This document shows, one piece after another, positions 16,371-24,000 of a stretch of DNA of 24,000 bases. Numbering within the stretch: the stretch's first letter is position 1; each line of letters begins with the position of its first letter. This stretch comes from Tepidanaerobacteraceae bacterium. GTDB lineage: Bacteria > Bacillota > Thermosediminibacteria > Thermosediminibacterales > Tepidanaerobacteraceae. A model generated the notes under the pieces. That model saw only the letters and a program-made list of their open reading frames with translations, was not told the origin of the DNA and did not search any database. The position numbers and the translations under genes are program-made. The DNA lies in the NCBI GenBank assembly GCA_050949705.1, contig JBMNGG010000005.1, forward strand, positions 83,819-107,818. The letters are read 5' to 3'.

Positions 16371-16991
16371 TCACAAAACATGTTTTAATCTGCTTATCAA
16401 ATTCATAATCATCTCAGATTTCAATCGAAAGCTAACTTGATTTGCAATAAGCCGTGTACTTATAGGACAAATTTCTGCCATGATTTTTAAATTATTCTTT
16501 TTTAATGTCTCACCTGTAGATACAATATCAACAATTGCATCTGACAAACCAAGTATTGGGCCTAACTCTACAGACCCATTAAGCTTTATTATCTCAACAG
16601 GAATTCCCTTCTTTAAAAAATATTCTTCAGCTATACGGGGATACTTAGTAGCCACTCGATATATGGGCGTGCTGGTATCCTTATCGTCAGGAACAGCAGC
16701 AACAATCCGGCATTGGGCAAGTTTTAGGTCTATTAATTCGAAAACATCCTTTCGAGATTCTAATAGGACATCCTTTCCCGCTACACCAATATCAGCCACA
16801 CCATGCTCTACATATGTAGGAACATCAGAAGGTTTTGCCAGGATTAATCTGGTTTTGTGTTCTTCAAAATCAAAGAACAGTTTACGTGAATTTTCATTCA
16901 ATCCGTCAAAATTAATATCTATTTTTTTAAATAGTTCCAGTGTTTCAGTTAAAATTCTACCTTTTGAAAGCGCTATTGTTAATAATTCCAA
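16371..16991 (-). CDS. hisG: ATP phosphoribosyltransferase, short form (HisG-S)
   Basis: 206 aa with a TTG start and GGAG 8 nt upstream. LTIALSKGRILTETLELF...LILAKPSDVPTYVEHGVADIGVAGKDVLLE...VATKYPRIAEEYF...IIKLNGSVELGP..GLSDAIVDIVSTGETLK. The short form needs HisZ, which is encoded just upstream. Confidence 0.93.
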   Translation of the reverse strand: MELLTIALSKGRILTETLELFKKIDINFDGLNENSRKLFFDFEEHKTRLILAKPSDVPTYVEHGVADIGVAGKDVLLESRKDVFELIDLKLAQCRIVAAVPDDKDTSTPIYRVATKYPRIAEEYFLKKGIPVEIIKLNGSVELGPILGLSDAIVDIVSTGETLKKNNLKIMAEICPISTRLIANQVSFRLKSEMIMNLISRLKHVL

Positions 16992-17037
16992 GGAAAATTC
17001 TCCTTCGCTATAAATTATTATATTACTTAACCTTAGC

Positions 17038-18150
17038 TTAAGATTTAGTATTAAAATTTGTACTAGGCAACATTTTTACGATAGTGCCTTGTCTTCTCAT
17101 TTCTTCTGCTTTATTTAAGGCTTCAATAAAGCCTTCCTTTGTATAGTATAGATAATAAGGGTCATACGTATCTTTTAAATCCCGCTGTAGTATTGATAAT
17201 ATCTCCTCTTCTTGTAATGCAAAACCCGTTGCTGGCCGTGAACCATTGAATTTATCCAATAAAGTGTCATACCGGCCACCTCCACCTAGTGGAAATCCCG
17301 ATTGAGGTGAATATATTTCAAACACTATACCTGTATAATAATCTATGCCTCTTGCTAAACCTGGATCAAAGGTAAGGTTTACATTTTTAAATTCCTTTAA
17401 GATTTCCCATAAGTCTATAAGCTCTGATAAAGCCCTTTTGCATTTTTCATTAAAAGAGAGTTTTATAAGTCCTCTTAAGATTTCTGGTCCACCGTAATAA
17501 TGAGGTAATTCTAAAAATAATTCCTTTATATCTGATTTTAGTGAACTCGTTTTTATAAGCTCTTCTAACAGAACAAAGTTTTTTTCCTTAATAGCTTCAG
17601 CAATATTTCCTTTTAAAGAAGACGAATCCTTTATTTCATCTAAAAGCCCTTCTAAAAACTGTATATGTCCTACATTGATTATAAATTTCTTTATTCCTAT
17701 TTCGTTTAAAACTTTTGATGCCAATAGTATAATTTCAATATCCGCTTCTATTCCCGAAATGCCGATAAGCTCAGCTCCAGTTTGATAAAATTCCTGGTCA
17801 TGACCTTTTCTCATCTCCTGAAATCTAAAAACATTGGCCATATAGCAAAACCTTAAGGGATCTCTATGTTCACTATAATGTGTTGCAACCATACGGGCAA
17901 TGGAAGTGGTAATATCGGGTCTTAATGCCATTACCCCTCCTTGTCTATCAAAAAACTTAAATACTTTTTCTACAAATCCTGGGTCATTTGCTACAAATGT
18001 TTCTAAATATTCAAAGGAAGGGGTAATTATCTCTTCATAGCCCCATTTTTCAAAAATGTCACTAATTATATTTTCCATCCACTTTTTTTTACGTACCTGT
18101 GGTGGTAAAAAATCCTTAACTCCAGCTGGTCGCTTGAAATATTTTGTCAT
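17038..18150 (-). CDS. hisZ: ATP phosphoribosyltransferase regulatory subunit HisZ (HisRS paralog)
   Basis: It shows a class-II HisRS-like core (PAGVKDFLP, FRFQEMRKGHDQEFYQTGAELIG, GGGGRYDTLL...ATGFAL) but no full anticodon-binding domain. It lies directly upstream of the short hisG. I chose ATG 18150 (MTKYFKRPAGV); the ORF-track extension to 18207 looks non-coding. In-frame GTG 18159 is an alternative. Confidence 0.85.
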   Translation of the reverse strand: MTKYFKRPAGVKDFLPPQVRKKKWMENIISDIFEKWGYEEIITPSFEYLETFVANDPGFVEKVFKFFDRQGGVMALRPDITTSIARMVATHYSEHRDPLRFCYMANVFRFQEMRKGHDQEFYQTGAELIGISGIEADIEIILLASKVLNEIGIKKFIINVGHIQFLEGLLDEIKDSSSLKGNIAEAIKEKNFVLLEELIKTSSLKSDIKELFLELPHYYGGPEILRGLIKLSFNEKCKRALSELIDLWEILKEFKNVNLTFDPGLARGIDYYTGIVFEIYSPQSGFPLGGGGRYDTLLDKFNGSRPATGFALQEEEILSILQRDLKDTYDPYYLYYTKEGFIEALNKAEEMRRQGTIVKMLPSTNFNTKS

Positions 18151-18197
18151 TATTGTCACACATCCTTTAGTACGGTAAATCGTTAAAGTATAAAGCA

Positions 18198-18226
18198 ATA
18201 CTAACACATTAACAATATATATTCAA
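18198..18226 (-). promoter_or_regulatory. Candidate his operon promoter
   Basis: Minus strand TTGAAT (18226..18221), 17-nt spacer, TAGTAT (18203..18198). The short leader has no T-box or attenuator. Confidence 0.45.
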
Positions 18227-18282
18227 TAGTTAATTGCTATTTTGTTCTAATTTACAAACGATATCTTTTCTGTCTATTATCT

Positions 18283-18311
18283 TTGGCTGTAATGGTATTT
18301 CATGGTATAAT
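18283..18311 (+). promoter_or_regulatory. Candidate promoter for the phosphohexomutase gene
   Basis: TTGGCT (18283-18288), 17-nt spacer ending in TGg, TATAAT (18306-18311). This is an extended -10 form. Confidence 0.5.
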
Positions 18312-18426
18312 CTTTATTGAAAAATTGACTATTCTTTTCTCAAGCGATTGGTAATAATCCTATTATTTGTGGAAATACTATTACCGGTTTTTATAATATT
18401 TAAATAATAAAAACGGAGGAACTGCT

Positions 18427-19785
18427 ATGAAACTTAATCCCTACATATTTCGCCAGTATGATATAAGAGGTGTGGTTGGAGAAGACCTAAATGAAGAATT
18501 TGCAAAATTACTCGGTCAAGCTTTTGGCACATATGCCAAAAAGAACGGTGAACATAAAGTTATTATCGGATGTGATAATAGAACATCATCTCCATCTCTA
18601 AAAAGAGCTTTGGCTGAAGGTCTTTTATCTACCGGATGTGACGTGATAGATATAGGAACAGTAATTACACCTATATTTTATTATTCTCGGATACTTTATG
18701 ATATAAATCCAGGTATCATTGTTACAGCCAGCCATAATCCTGCCCAGTACAATGGCTTTAAAGTTGCTTTTGGACCCGGTACTATATATGGTGATGATAT
18801 TATTATTTTAAAGACTATGATGGAAAAAGGTGAGTTTTTCTCAGGAAACGGAACTTTGAGTACAAAAGATCCTGTAGAAGATTATATGAAAATGATCTGT
18901 AACAAGATTCTACTCGCTAAAAAACTTCGTGTTGGTATAGACTGTGGGAATGGCACAGCTTCATTTTTCGCAGAGAAACTATTTCAAAAACTTGGAGCAG
19001 AGGTCTATCCAATTTACTGCTCTTCTGACCCTAATTTCCCCAATCATTTTCCCGATCCCGTTAAGCCTGAAAACTTAACCGATTTAAGAGAACTTGTTCT
19101 AAAAGAAGGTTTAGATGTTGGCATAGGTTTTGATGGCGATGGAGATCGTATTGGTGTGGTAGATGATAAAGGAAACATTATTTTCGGGGATATGTTGATG
19201 ATTTTGTACTGGCGTGAAATAATGCCAAAGTTTCCTGGTTCAACCGCTATTGTTGAGGTCAAATGTTCTCAAGCCCTTGTTGATGAAATAAAAAGATTAG
19301 GTGGCAAACCTACTTTTTATAAGACGGGGCATTCGTTGATAAAAGCAAAGATGCGTGAAATCGGAGCTATCTTTACCGGTGAAATGTCCGGGCATATGTT
19401 TTTCGCTGATGAGTTCTATGGTTTTGATGATGCTCTTTATGCTGCTGCAAGATTATTAAGGATACTATCTAATACAGATAGTAGTCTTTCTGAGCTTTTA
19501 TCAGATGTGCCAAAATATTATTCAACACCTGAACTTCGTATTCCCTGTCCTGATGACGAAAAAACTAAAAAGGTTGAGAGTGTAAAAAGATATTTTAAAG
19601 ATAAATACCCAATGATTGATATAGACGGTGCTCGGGTACTATTTCCTGACGGTTGGGGTTTGGTCAGAAGCTCTAATACAGGACCAGAGTTAATCGTTAG
19701 ATGTGAATCAAAAACAGAAGAAGGAGTAGAAAAGATAAAAAAGGAGCTGCAAACTGCTCTATCTCCTTTAAAGCTTTTTGATTAA
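18427..19785 (+). CDS. Phosphomannomutase/phosphoglucomutase (alpha-D-phosphohexomutase family)
   Basis: 452 aa. FRQYDIRGVVGEDL, the catalytic-Ser loop TASHNPAQYNGFKV, the metal loop GFDGDGDRIGVVD and the sugar loop GEMSGH are all present. GGAGG sits 7 nt upstream of the ATG. Confidence 0.9.
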   Translation: MKLNPYIFRQYDIRGVVGEDLNEEFAKLLGQAFGTYAKKNGEHKVIIGCDNRTSSPSLKRALAEGLLSTGCDVIDIGTVITPIFYYSRILYDINPGIIVTASHNPAQYNGFKVAFGPGTIYGDDIIILKTMMEKGEFFSGNGTLSTKDPVEDYMKMICNKILLAKKLRVGIDCGNGTASFFAEKLFQKLGAEVYPIYCSSDPNFPNHFPDPVKPENLTDLRELVLKEGLDVGIGFDGDGDRIGVVDDKGNIIFGDMLMILYWREIMPKFPGSTAIVEVKCSQALVDEIKRLGGKPTFYKTGHSLIKAKMREIGAIFTGEMSGHMFFADEFYGFDDALYAAARLLRILSNTDSSLSELLSDVPKYYSTPELRIPCPDDEKTKKVESVKRYFKDKYPMIDIDGARVLFPDGWGLVRSSNTGPELIVRCESKTEEGVEKIKKELQTALSPLKLFD

Positions 19786-20189
19786 TATCTAAATGTCATA
19801 TAACTCCATGTTAATGGATCAGGTGTAGGCAACCGAATATAACCATTGGCTTGTAGCAGTGCCACTAGTGATTCAAAATTAGGTTTTTTATGATGAAAAT
19901 GAGAAGGTAATAAGAAGGAATTAATACAACATAAATTCTCTCCAAGAAGGGCAAAATTACATCGATTACATGTTATATAAGATTTCTTTTTATTCATTAC
20001 CATATAATAATCCAGTAGAGCTTTGGAGTTAAAACTTCCTGAACATGCCATTGTTAACTTTAAACGATAGAGGGTTATTCTTTCTTTCCGCTCTCTAACA
20101 AAACAGTTATCTGCCATTTTTAATACTTTTTCAGCTATTGGTCCTTTGGTGAAGTCTAAAATATTTCTATCGTATCTAAAGTAATACAT
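19782..20189 (-). CDS. Hypothetical Cys-rich protein (135 aa), family not recognised
   Basis: The ORF is open from 20201. I prefer ATG 20189 (MYYFRYDRNILDF...), because the GTG at 20201 abuts the AAGGAG. Cys pattern is MACSGS...CNRCNF...LCC. I can recall no family match. Confidence 0.55.
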   Translation of the reverse strand: MYYFRYDRNILDFTKGPIAEKVLKMADNCFVRERKERITLYRLKLTMACSGSFNSKALLDYYMVMNKKKSYITCNRCNFALLGENLCCINSFLLPSHFHHKKPNFESLVALLQANGYIRLPTPDPLTWSYMTFRY

Positions 20190-20229
20190 AAAACTGCCCA
20201 CTCCTTATATATAGATTGGGCAGTTTTTT
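20190..20229. terminator. Bidirectional terminator-like hairpin between glyQS and the Cys-rich ORF
   Basis: AAAACTGCCCA (20190-20200), 16-nt loop, TGGGCAGTTTT (20217-20227). A T6 run follows on the plus strand. On the minus strand a T4 run leads straight into ATG 20189. The loop carries the minus-strand AAGGAG. Confidence 0.65.
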
Positions 20230-20266
20230 AAAAAGTATTCATTACAAATTTAATTGGACACTCACT

Positions 20267-21649
20267 TTAAAACCCTAATTTTTCCCTCAAATAATCTCTT
20301 AATTGATTTATCTCAACTCTATCTTGCTGCATAGTATCCCTTTCTCTCACTGTAACTTTTTTATCTTCCAAGCTATCAAAATCAACTGTTACAGCAAATG
20401 GTGTCCCAATTTCATCTTGGCGACGATAACGCTTGCCAATGCTACCAGTGTTATCATATTCCATGTAATAATATTTCTTAAGGTCATTATATATTTCTCG
20501 GGCAAAACTATCTAGAGGCTCTTTTTTAGAAAGCGGTAAGACTGCACATTTTATAGGTGCTATTTCCGGTTTCAAGCGTAAAACTACTCGAGTATTTCCA
20601 TCCACCTCTTCTTCATCATATGCATCACATAAAACAACTAATATAGCTCTATCGGCTCCTAAAGATGGTTCCACAACATAAGGAACTACTTGTTTATTTT
20701 CTGTCGGGTCAAAATATGTCAGTGTTTTACCCGAATATTCCATATGTCTAGAAAGATCATAGTCTGTTCTGTTTGCAACACCCCATAACTCTCCCCAGCC
20801 AAAGGGAAATTTATATTCTAGGTCTGTAGTAGCTTTAGAATAATGTGAAAGTTCCTCTGGAGTATGATCTCTAAGACGTAGATTTTCCCTCTTAACTCCC
20901 AATGACACAAAGAAATCTATCGTGTACTGGCGCCAGTATTCAAACCATTTTTCGTCTTCACCTGGTTTTACAAAAAACTGCATTTCCATTTGCTCAAATT
21001 CTCGAGTTCTAAAAGTAAAGTTACCCGGAGTTATTTCATTTCTAAAAGACTTTCCTATTTGTGCTATACCAAATGGAAGTTTTACTCTACTAGAATCCAA
21101 CACATTTTTAAAGTTTACAAAAATACCTTGTGCCGTTTCTGGACGAAGATATACTATTGAACTGGAATCTTCAGTAACACCTTGAAATGTCTTAAACATT
21201 AGGTTAAAGACTCTAGCTTCCGTCCATGCCACATCACCACACGTAGGGCATTTGATTTTATTACTATGAATAATTTCTGTAAATTCTTGAACACTTTTGC
21301 CTTCAACGTGCATTTCTAAAGCTTCTTCTATAAGATGATCTGCCCGAAACCTTGATTTACACTGTTTGCAATCAATTAGTGCATCATTAAAACCAGCCAA
21401 ATGGCCTGAAGCTTCCCACACTCTTGGATGCATCAATATTGCACTGTCAAGACCTACTACATCGTCTCTTTCATGAACAATCTTTTTCCACCAAAAATCT
21501 TTGACATTTCTCTTTAGTTCTGCTCCAAGGGGGCCATAATCCCATGTATTTGCTAAACCTCCATAAATTTCAGATCCTTGAAAAATAAAGCCTCGCCTTT
21601 TACATAAAGACACTATCTTGTTCATGCTTGTTTCAACGTTTTTTGTCAT
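20267..21649 (-). CDS. glyQS: Glycyl-tRNA synthetase, dimeric alpha2 type
   Basis: 460 aa. [38 protein letters not shown]...[10 protein letters not shown]...[25 protein letters not shown]...PSLGADR is canonical GlyQS. A Gly T-box leader lies upstream. Confidence 0.96.
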   Translation of the reverse strand: MTKNVETSMNKIVSLCKRRGFIFQGSEIYGGLANTWDYGPLGAELKRNVKDFWWKKIVHERDDVVGLDSAILMHPRVWEASGHLAGFNDALIDCKQCKSRFRADHLIEEALEMHVEGKSVQEFTEIIHSNKIKCPTCGDVAWTEARVFNLMFKTFQGVTEDSSSIVYLRPETAQGIFVNFKNVLDSSRVKLPFGIAQIGKSFRNEITPGNFTFRTREFEQMEMQFFVKPGEDEKWFEYWRQYTIDFFVSLGVKRENLRLRDHTPEELSHYSKATTDLEYKFPFGWGELWGVANRTDYDLSRHMEYSGKTLTYFDPTENKQVVPYVVEPSLGADRAILVVLCDAYDEEEVDGNTRVVLRLKPEIAPIKCAVLPLSKKEPLDSFAREIYNDLKKYYYMEYDNTGSIGKRYRRQDEIGTPFAVTVDFDSLEDKKVTVRERDTMQQDRVEINQLRDYLREKLGF

Positions 21650-21675
21650 TTAATTTACACTCCTTCTTATAATAT

Positions 21676-21885
21676 AAAAACCAAAAACCCCTAAACCATC
21701 ATTAACGGTCTAGGGGTCCTTTCCCAGGACGGTTCCACCCTAGTTGCAGGATATCCTGCCACTTTTTAGGGTTATATTTTTAATTGTCTTGTTTAATGGC
21801 CCTCTGTTCCCAGATTTTTTTTGTGCCACGAAGCTCACACCATCCTCCGCTCGCTTAAGGCAGGTAAAAAAAATCACCAGAATGC
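21676..21885 (-). promoter_or_regulatory. T-box leader (Gly specifier GGC) with intrinsic terminator, controlling glyQS
   Basis: The minus strand has AGCGAGCGGAGGAUGGUGUGAGCUUCGUGGCAC (GGC followed by A). The T-box core is CUAGGGUGGAACCGUCC (plus-strand 21731-21741 ggttccaccct). The terminator is CCCCUAGACC-guuaauga-GGUUUAGGGG followed by UUUUUGGUUUUU. Confidence 0.85.
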
Positions 21886-21894
21886 TATAAATAA

Positions 21895-21923
21895 AATATA
21901 TACTATAACATGTTTAAAGTCAA
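21895..21923 (-). promoter_or_regulatory. Promoter for the glyQS leader
   Basis: Minus strand TTGACT (21923..21918), 17-nt spacer, TATATT (21900..21895). Confidence 0.55.
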
Positions 21924-22060
21924 GTCTATTGCAGATTCTCAATATTTTTTCGTTAAAGGTTCTTGTTTTAATAATATATATGGGAATGGTGCAATGACTT
22001 GAAAGCAATATTTGTAATTCTACCAAGCCTTTAAGTAGCTATAGTGATGAGTGTATAAGT

Positions 22061-23383
22061 TTAAAGCAGCATTTTCATGGGTTCTTCAAGGATTCGTTTT
22101 ATGTTTTGAAGGAATTTTGCTCCTACTGCACCATCTATCACTCTATGGTCACAGGATAGTGTGAGATTCATCATAGGCCGTATAACTATTTCATCGTCAA
22201 TTATTACCGGTTTTTTTATTATTTTTCCTATTGCTAAAATCGCTGTTTCAGGCTGGTTAATGACTGCCTCAAACTTTTCTATATCATACATGCCAAGATT
22301 AGTTATAGTAAAACTACCGCCTTGGTAATCATCTGGTAGCAATTTTTTGTCCCTTGCTTTTTGTATGAGAGCTGTAGTCTCTTTAGAAATCGTGCCAAGA
22401 CCTTTTTTGTCCGCGTCTTTTATAACAGGAACAATAAGCCCGTCATCTAAAGCTATGGCAAGACCGATATTTATATTTTTTTTCAGGATAATTTCTTCTT
22501 CTGTAAAAGTTGAGTTTATTATGGGATGTTGCTTCAAGGCTATTGCCGAAATCTTAATAAAGAAATCATTATAGGACAGTTTTGTACCATAATATTCTTG
22601 TATTTCAGCTTGGAGCTTTTGTCTAAGATTTATAGTTTCAGTCATATCTACTTCTAAAGATAAGTATATATGTGGTGCAACTCTCTTACTATAAGCCATT
22701 TTCTCGGCAATGATCTTCCTCATACCCGTGACAGGTATAGTATCTTTAACTGCGATTTCTCTTGTTTCGTCCTTATCTTTTAGAATATCTTCTTTCATAA
22801 TCCTTTCGCCAGGAGATTTTTTTATGGCGTTTAAATCGATGTGTTGTTCTTTTGCAATTTTCGCTGCAACGGGAGAAATTTTTATTCTATTTTCATTTAT
22901 ATAGGATACTACGTCTTGCTCTACTATTCTACCATTAGGACCCGTTGGAGTGACTTCTGATAAATCGATATTGTGTTCCCTTGCCACTCTTTTTGCGGCG
23001 GGAGAAGCTTTTATTTTTAAGCTTTCCCATTCTACCTGTTCTTCCTGTTTTAAAGAGAGGTCTTTTGTTATTACTTGAACTTGTAAATCATCTTTATCAT
23101 ATACATGTTCACTAATCAAACTTTCTATATCCTTAAGGTCTTCATGGGCACTCGCTATAATTGCTATAGGTTTTCCTACTTTGACTAAGTCCCCTTCTTT
23201 TGCTAGTATCTTTCTTATCACTCCTGATGTCTCAGCTTCATCTTCAATATTTACTTTATCAGTTTGTATTTCTACATAAGCTTCACCTTTTTCTACAAGG
23301 TCTCCTTCATTTTTTAACCATTTGGTTATTATCCCTTCAGACATAGTAGTACCAAGCTTGGGCATTTTTACTATTGTAGCCAC
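22061..23383 (-). CDS. Dihydrolipoamide acyltransferase (E2) of a 2-oxoacid (pyruvate/acetoin/branched-chain) dehydrogenase complex
   Basis: Lipoyl domain VEIQTDKVNIEDEAETSGVI, two E3/E1-binding (PSBD) segments, and the catalytic C-terminus LTLSCDHRVIDGAVGAKFL. I prefer GTG 23383 (VATIVKMPKLG), which lies 6 nt after AGGAGG. The ATG at 23389 abuts the RBS. Confidence 0.9.
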   Translation of the reverse strand: MATIVKMPKLGTTMSEGIITKWLKNEGDLVEKGEAYVEIQTDKVNIEDEAETSGVIRKILAKEGDLVKVGKPIAIIASAHEDLKDIESLISEHVYDKDDLQVQVITKDLSLKQEEQVEWESLKIKASPAAKRVAREHNIDLSEVTPTGPNGRIVEQDVVSYINENRIKISPVAAKIAKEQHIDLNAIKKSPGERIMKEDILKDKDETREIAVKDTIPVTGMRKIIAEKMAYSKRVAPHIYLSLEVDMTETINLRQKLQAEIQEYYGTKLSYNDFFIKISAIALKQHPIINSTFTEEEIILKKNINIGLAIALDDGLIVPVIKDADKKGLGTISKETTALIQKARDKKLLPDDYQGGSFTITNLGMYDIEKFEAVINQPETAILAIGKIIKKPVIIDDEIVIRPMMNLTLSCDHRVIDGAVGAKFLQNIKRILEEPMKMLL

Positions 23384-23395
23384 GAACATCCTCCT

Positions 23396-24000
23396 TTACC
23401 TAAGCATTTCTTTTATAGCTGATGTGATATTTGGAACCTGTGGAACAGTATGCTTTTCAAGATTAGGATTATAAGGAACGGGGATATCAAGGCCTGCCAA
23501 TCTCTTTATAGGTGCATCCAAATAATCAAAAGCTTCACTACCTGCAATCCTAGCGACAATTTCTGCTCCCCAACCATAGCTTATTGGGTCATCTTCAACT
23601 ATCAGAACTCTCCCTGTTTTTTTAACAGATTTTATAATAGTATCAGCATCCAATGGTTTTAATGTCCTTGGATCTATTACTTCTATGTCTATTCCATCTT
23701 GCTCCAATTCCTTGCCCGCCTCTAATGCCCTTTTTACCATTATTGAGCCGGCAACCACAGTAATATCCTTACCTTTTCTTTTTATATCAGCTTTGCCTAA
23801 TGGCACTATATAATCTTCCTCAGGAACTTCTCCTTTTGTCCAGTAAAGGAGTTTATGTTCAGCAAATACTACAGGGTTATTGTCTCTTATTGAGGCTTTA
23901 ATGAGACCTTTTACATCATAAGGTGTTGAAGGCATGACTACTTTAAGACCTGGAAAGTGAGCGAAAACCGCGGGAAAACTTTGAGAATGTTGAGCTGCTG
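23396..24000 (-). CDS. 2-oxoacid dehydrogenase E1 component, beta subunit (5' end outside window)
   Basis: The frame is open to the window edge: ...[52 protein letters not shown]...[11 protein letters not shown]...[14 protein letters not shown]. These are canonical E1-beta motifs. The stop overlaps the E2 RBS. Confidence 0.9.
   Translation of the reverse strand, partial: AAQHSQSFPAVFAHFPGLKVVMPSTPYDVKGLIKASIRDNNPVVFAEHKLLYWTKGEVPEEDYIVPLGKADIKRKGKDITVVAGSIMVKRALEAGKELEQDGIDIEVIDPRTLKPLDADTIIKSVKKTGRVLIVEDDPISYGWGAEIVARIAGSEAFDYLDAPIKRLAGLDIPVPYNPNLEKHTVPQVPNITSAIKEMLR

Noticed and set aside
18340-18400. AT-rich hairpin GGTAATA...TATTACC followed by GGTTTTTAT in the phosphohexomutase 5' UTR, considered as an attenuator or riboswitch
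   Set aside because: The stem is only 7 AT-rich base pairs with a 19-nt loop. I recognise no conserved riboswitch core, so it is probably not stable enough to matter.

Overview
This window looks like the chromosome of a low-GC, spore-forming Firmicute (Clostridia/Bacilli-like). Supporting signals are the T-box leaders, ytxC next to thrS, a CotF-type coat gene pair and hisZ paired with a short hisG. Most of it is housekeeping and lies on the minus strand.

Main content, in window order:
- thrS, cut by the window edge, with a Thr (ACC) T-box leader.
- A DUF445 membrane protein, ytxC and a lone tRNA-Val(GAC).
- A divergent pair: a PucR-family regulator and a 641-aa enoate-reductase-like flavoenzyme.
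- An untracked 55-aa glycine-zipper ORF and a CotF-like coat gene pair.
- A gene-poor, decayed stretch (about 8.9-11.7 kb).
- A six-gene tRNA operon (Val-Asp-Phe-Gly-Cys-Leu).
- A his operon, hisZ-G-C-B-A-F-IE, that lacks hisD and hisH.
- A phosphohexomutase and a Cys-rich hypothetical protein.
- glyQS with a Gly (GGC) T-box leader.
- The E1-beta and E2 genes of a 2-oxoacid dehydrogenase complex.

I found no CRISPR array, intact mobile element or convincing new multi-gene system. The most interesting material is the decayed stretch next to the tRNA cluster. It holds a toxin-domain-like (PBECR-type) gene and a secreted stalk-domain protein, and each is cut off from its ATG by one extra base in a homopolymer run. 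It also holds a transposase remnant and an orphan promoter-to-terminator unit with no ORF.

Secondary oddities:
- hisC has no canonical start codon.
- No terminator separates hisIE from the tRNA promoters.
- A bidirectional hairpin lies beyond two convergent genes whose stop codons overlap.
- The E2 protein carries two tandem subunit-binding domains.

All family assignments come from reading the translations and from recalled motifs. No searches were run.
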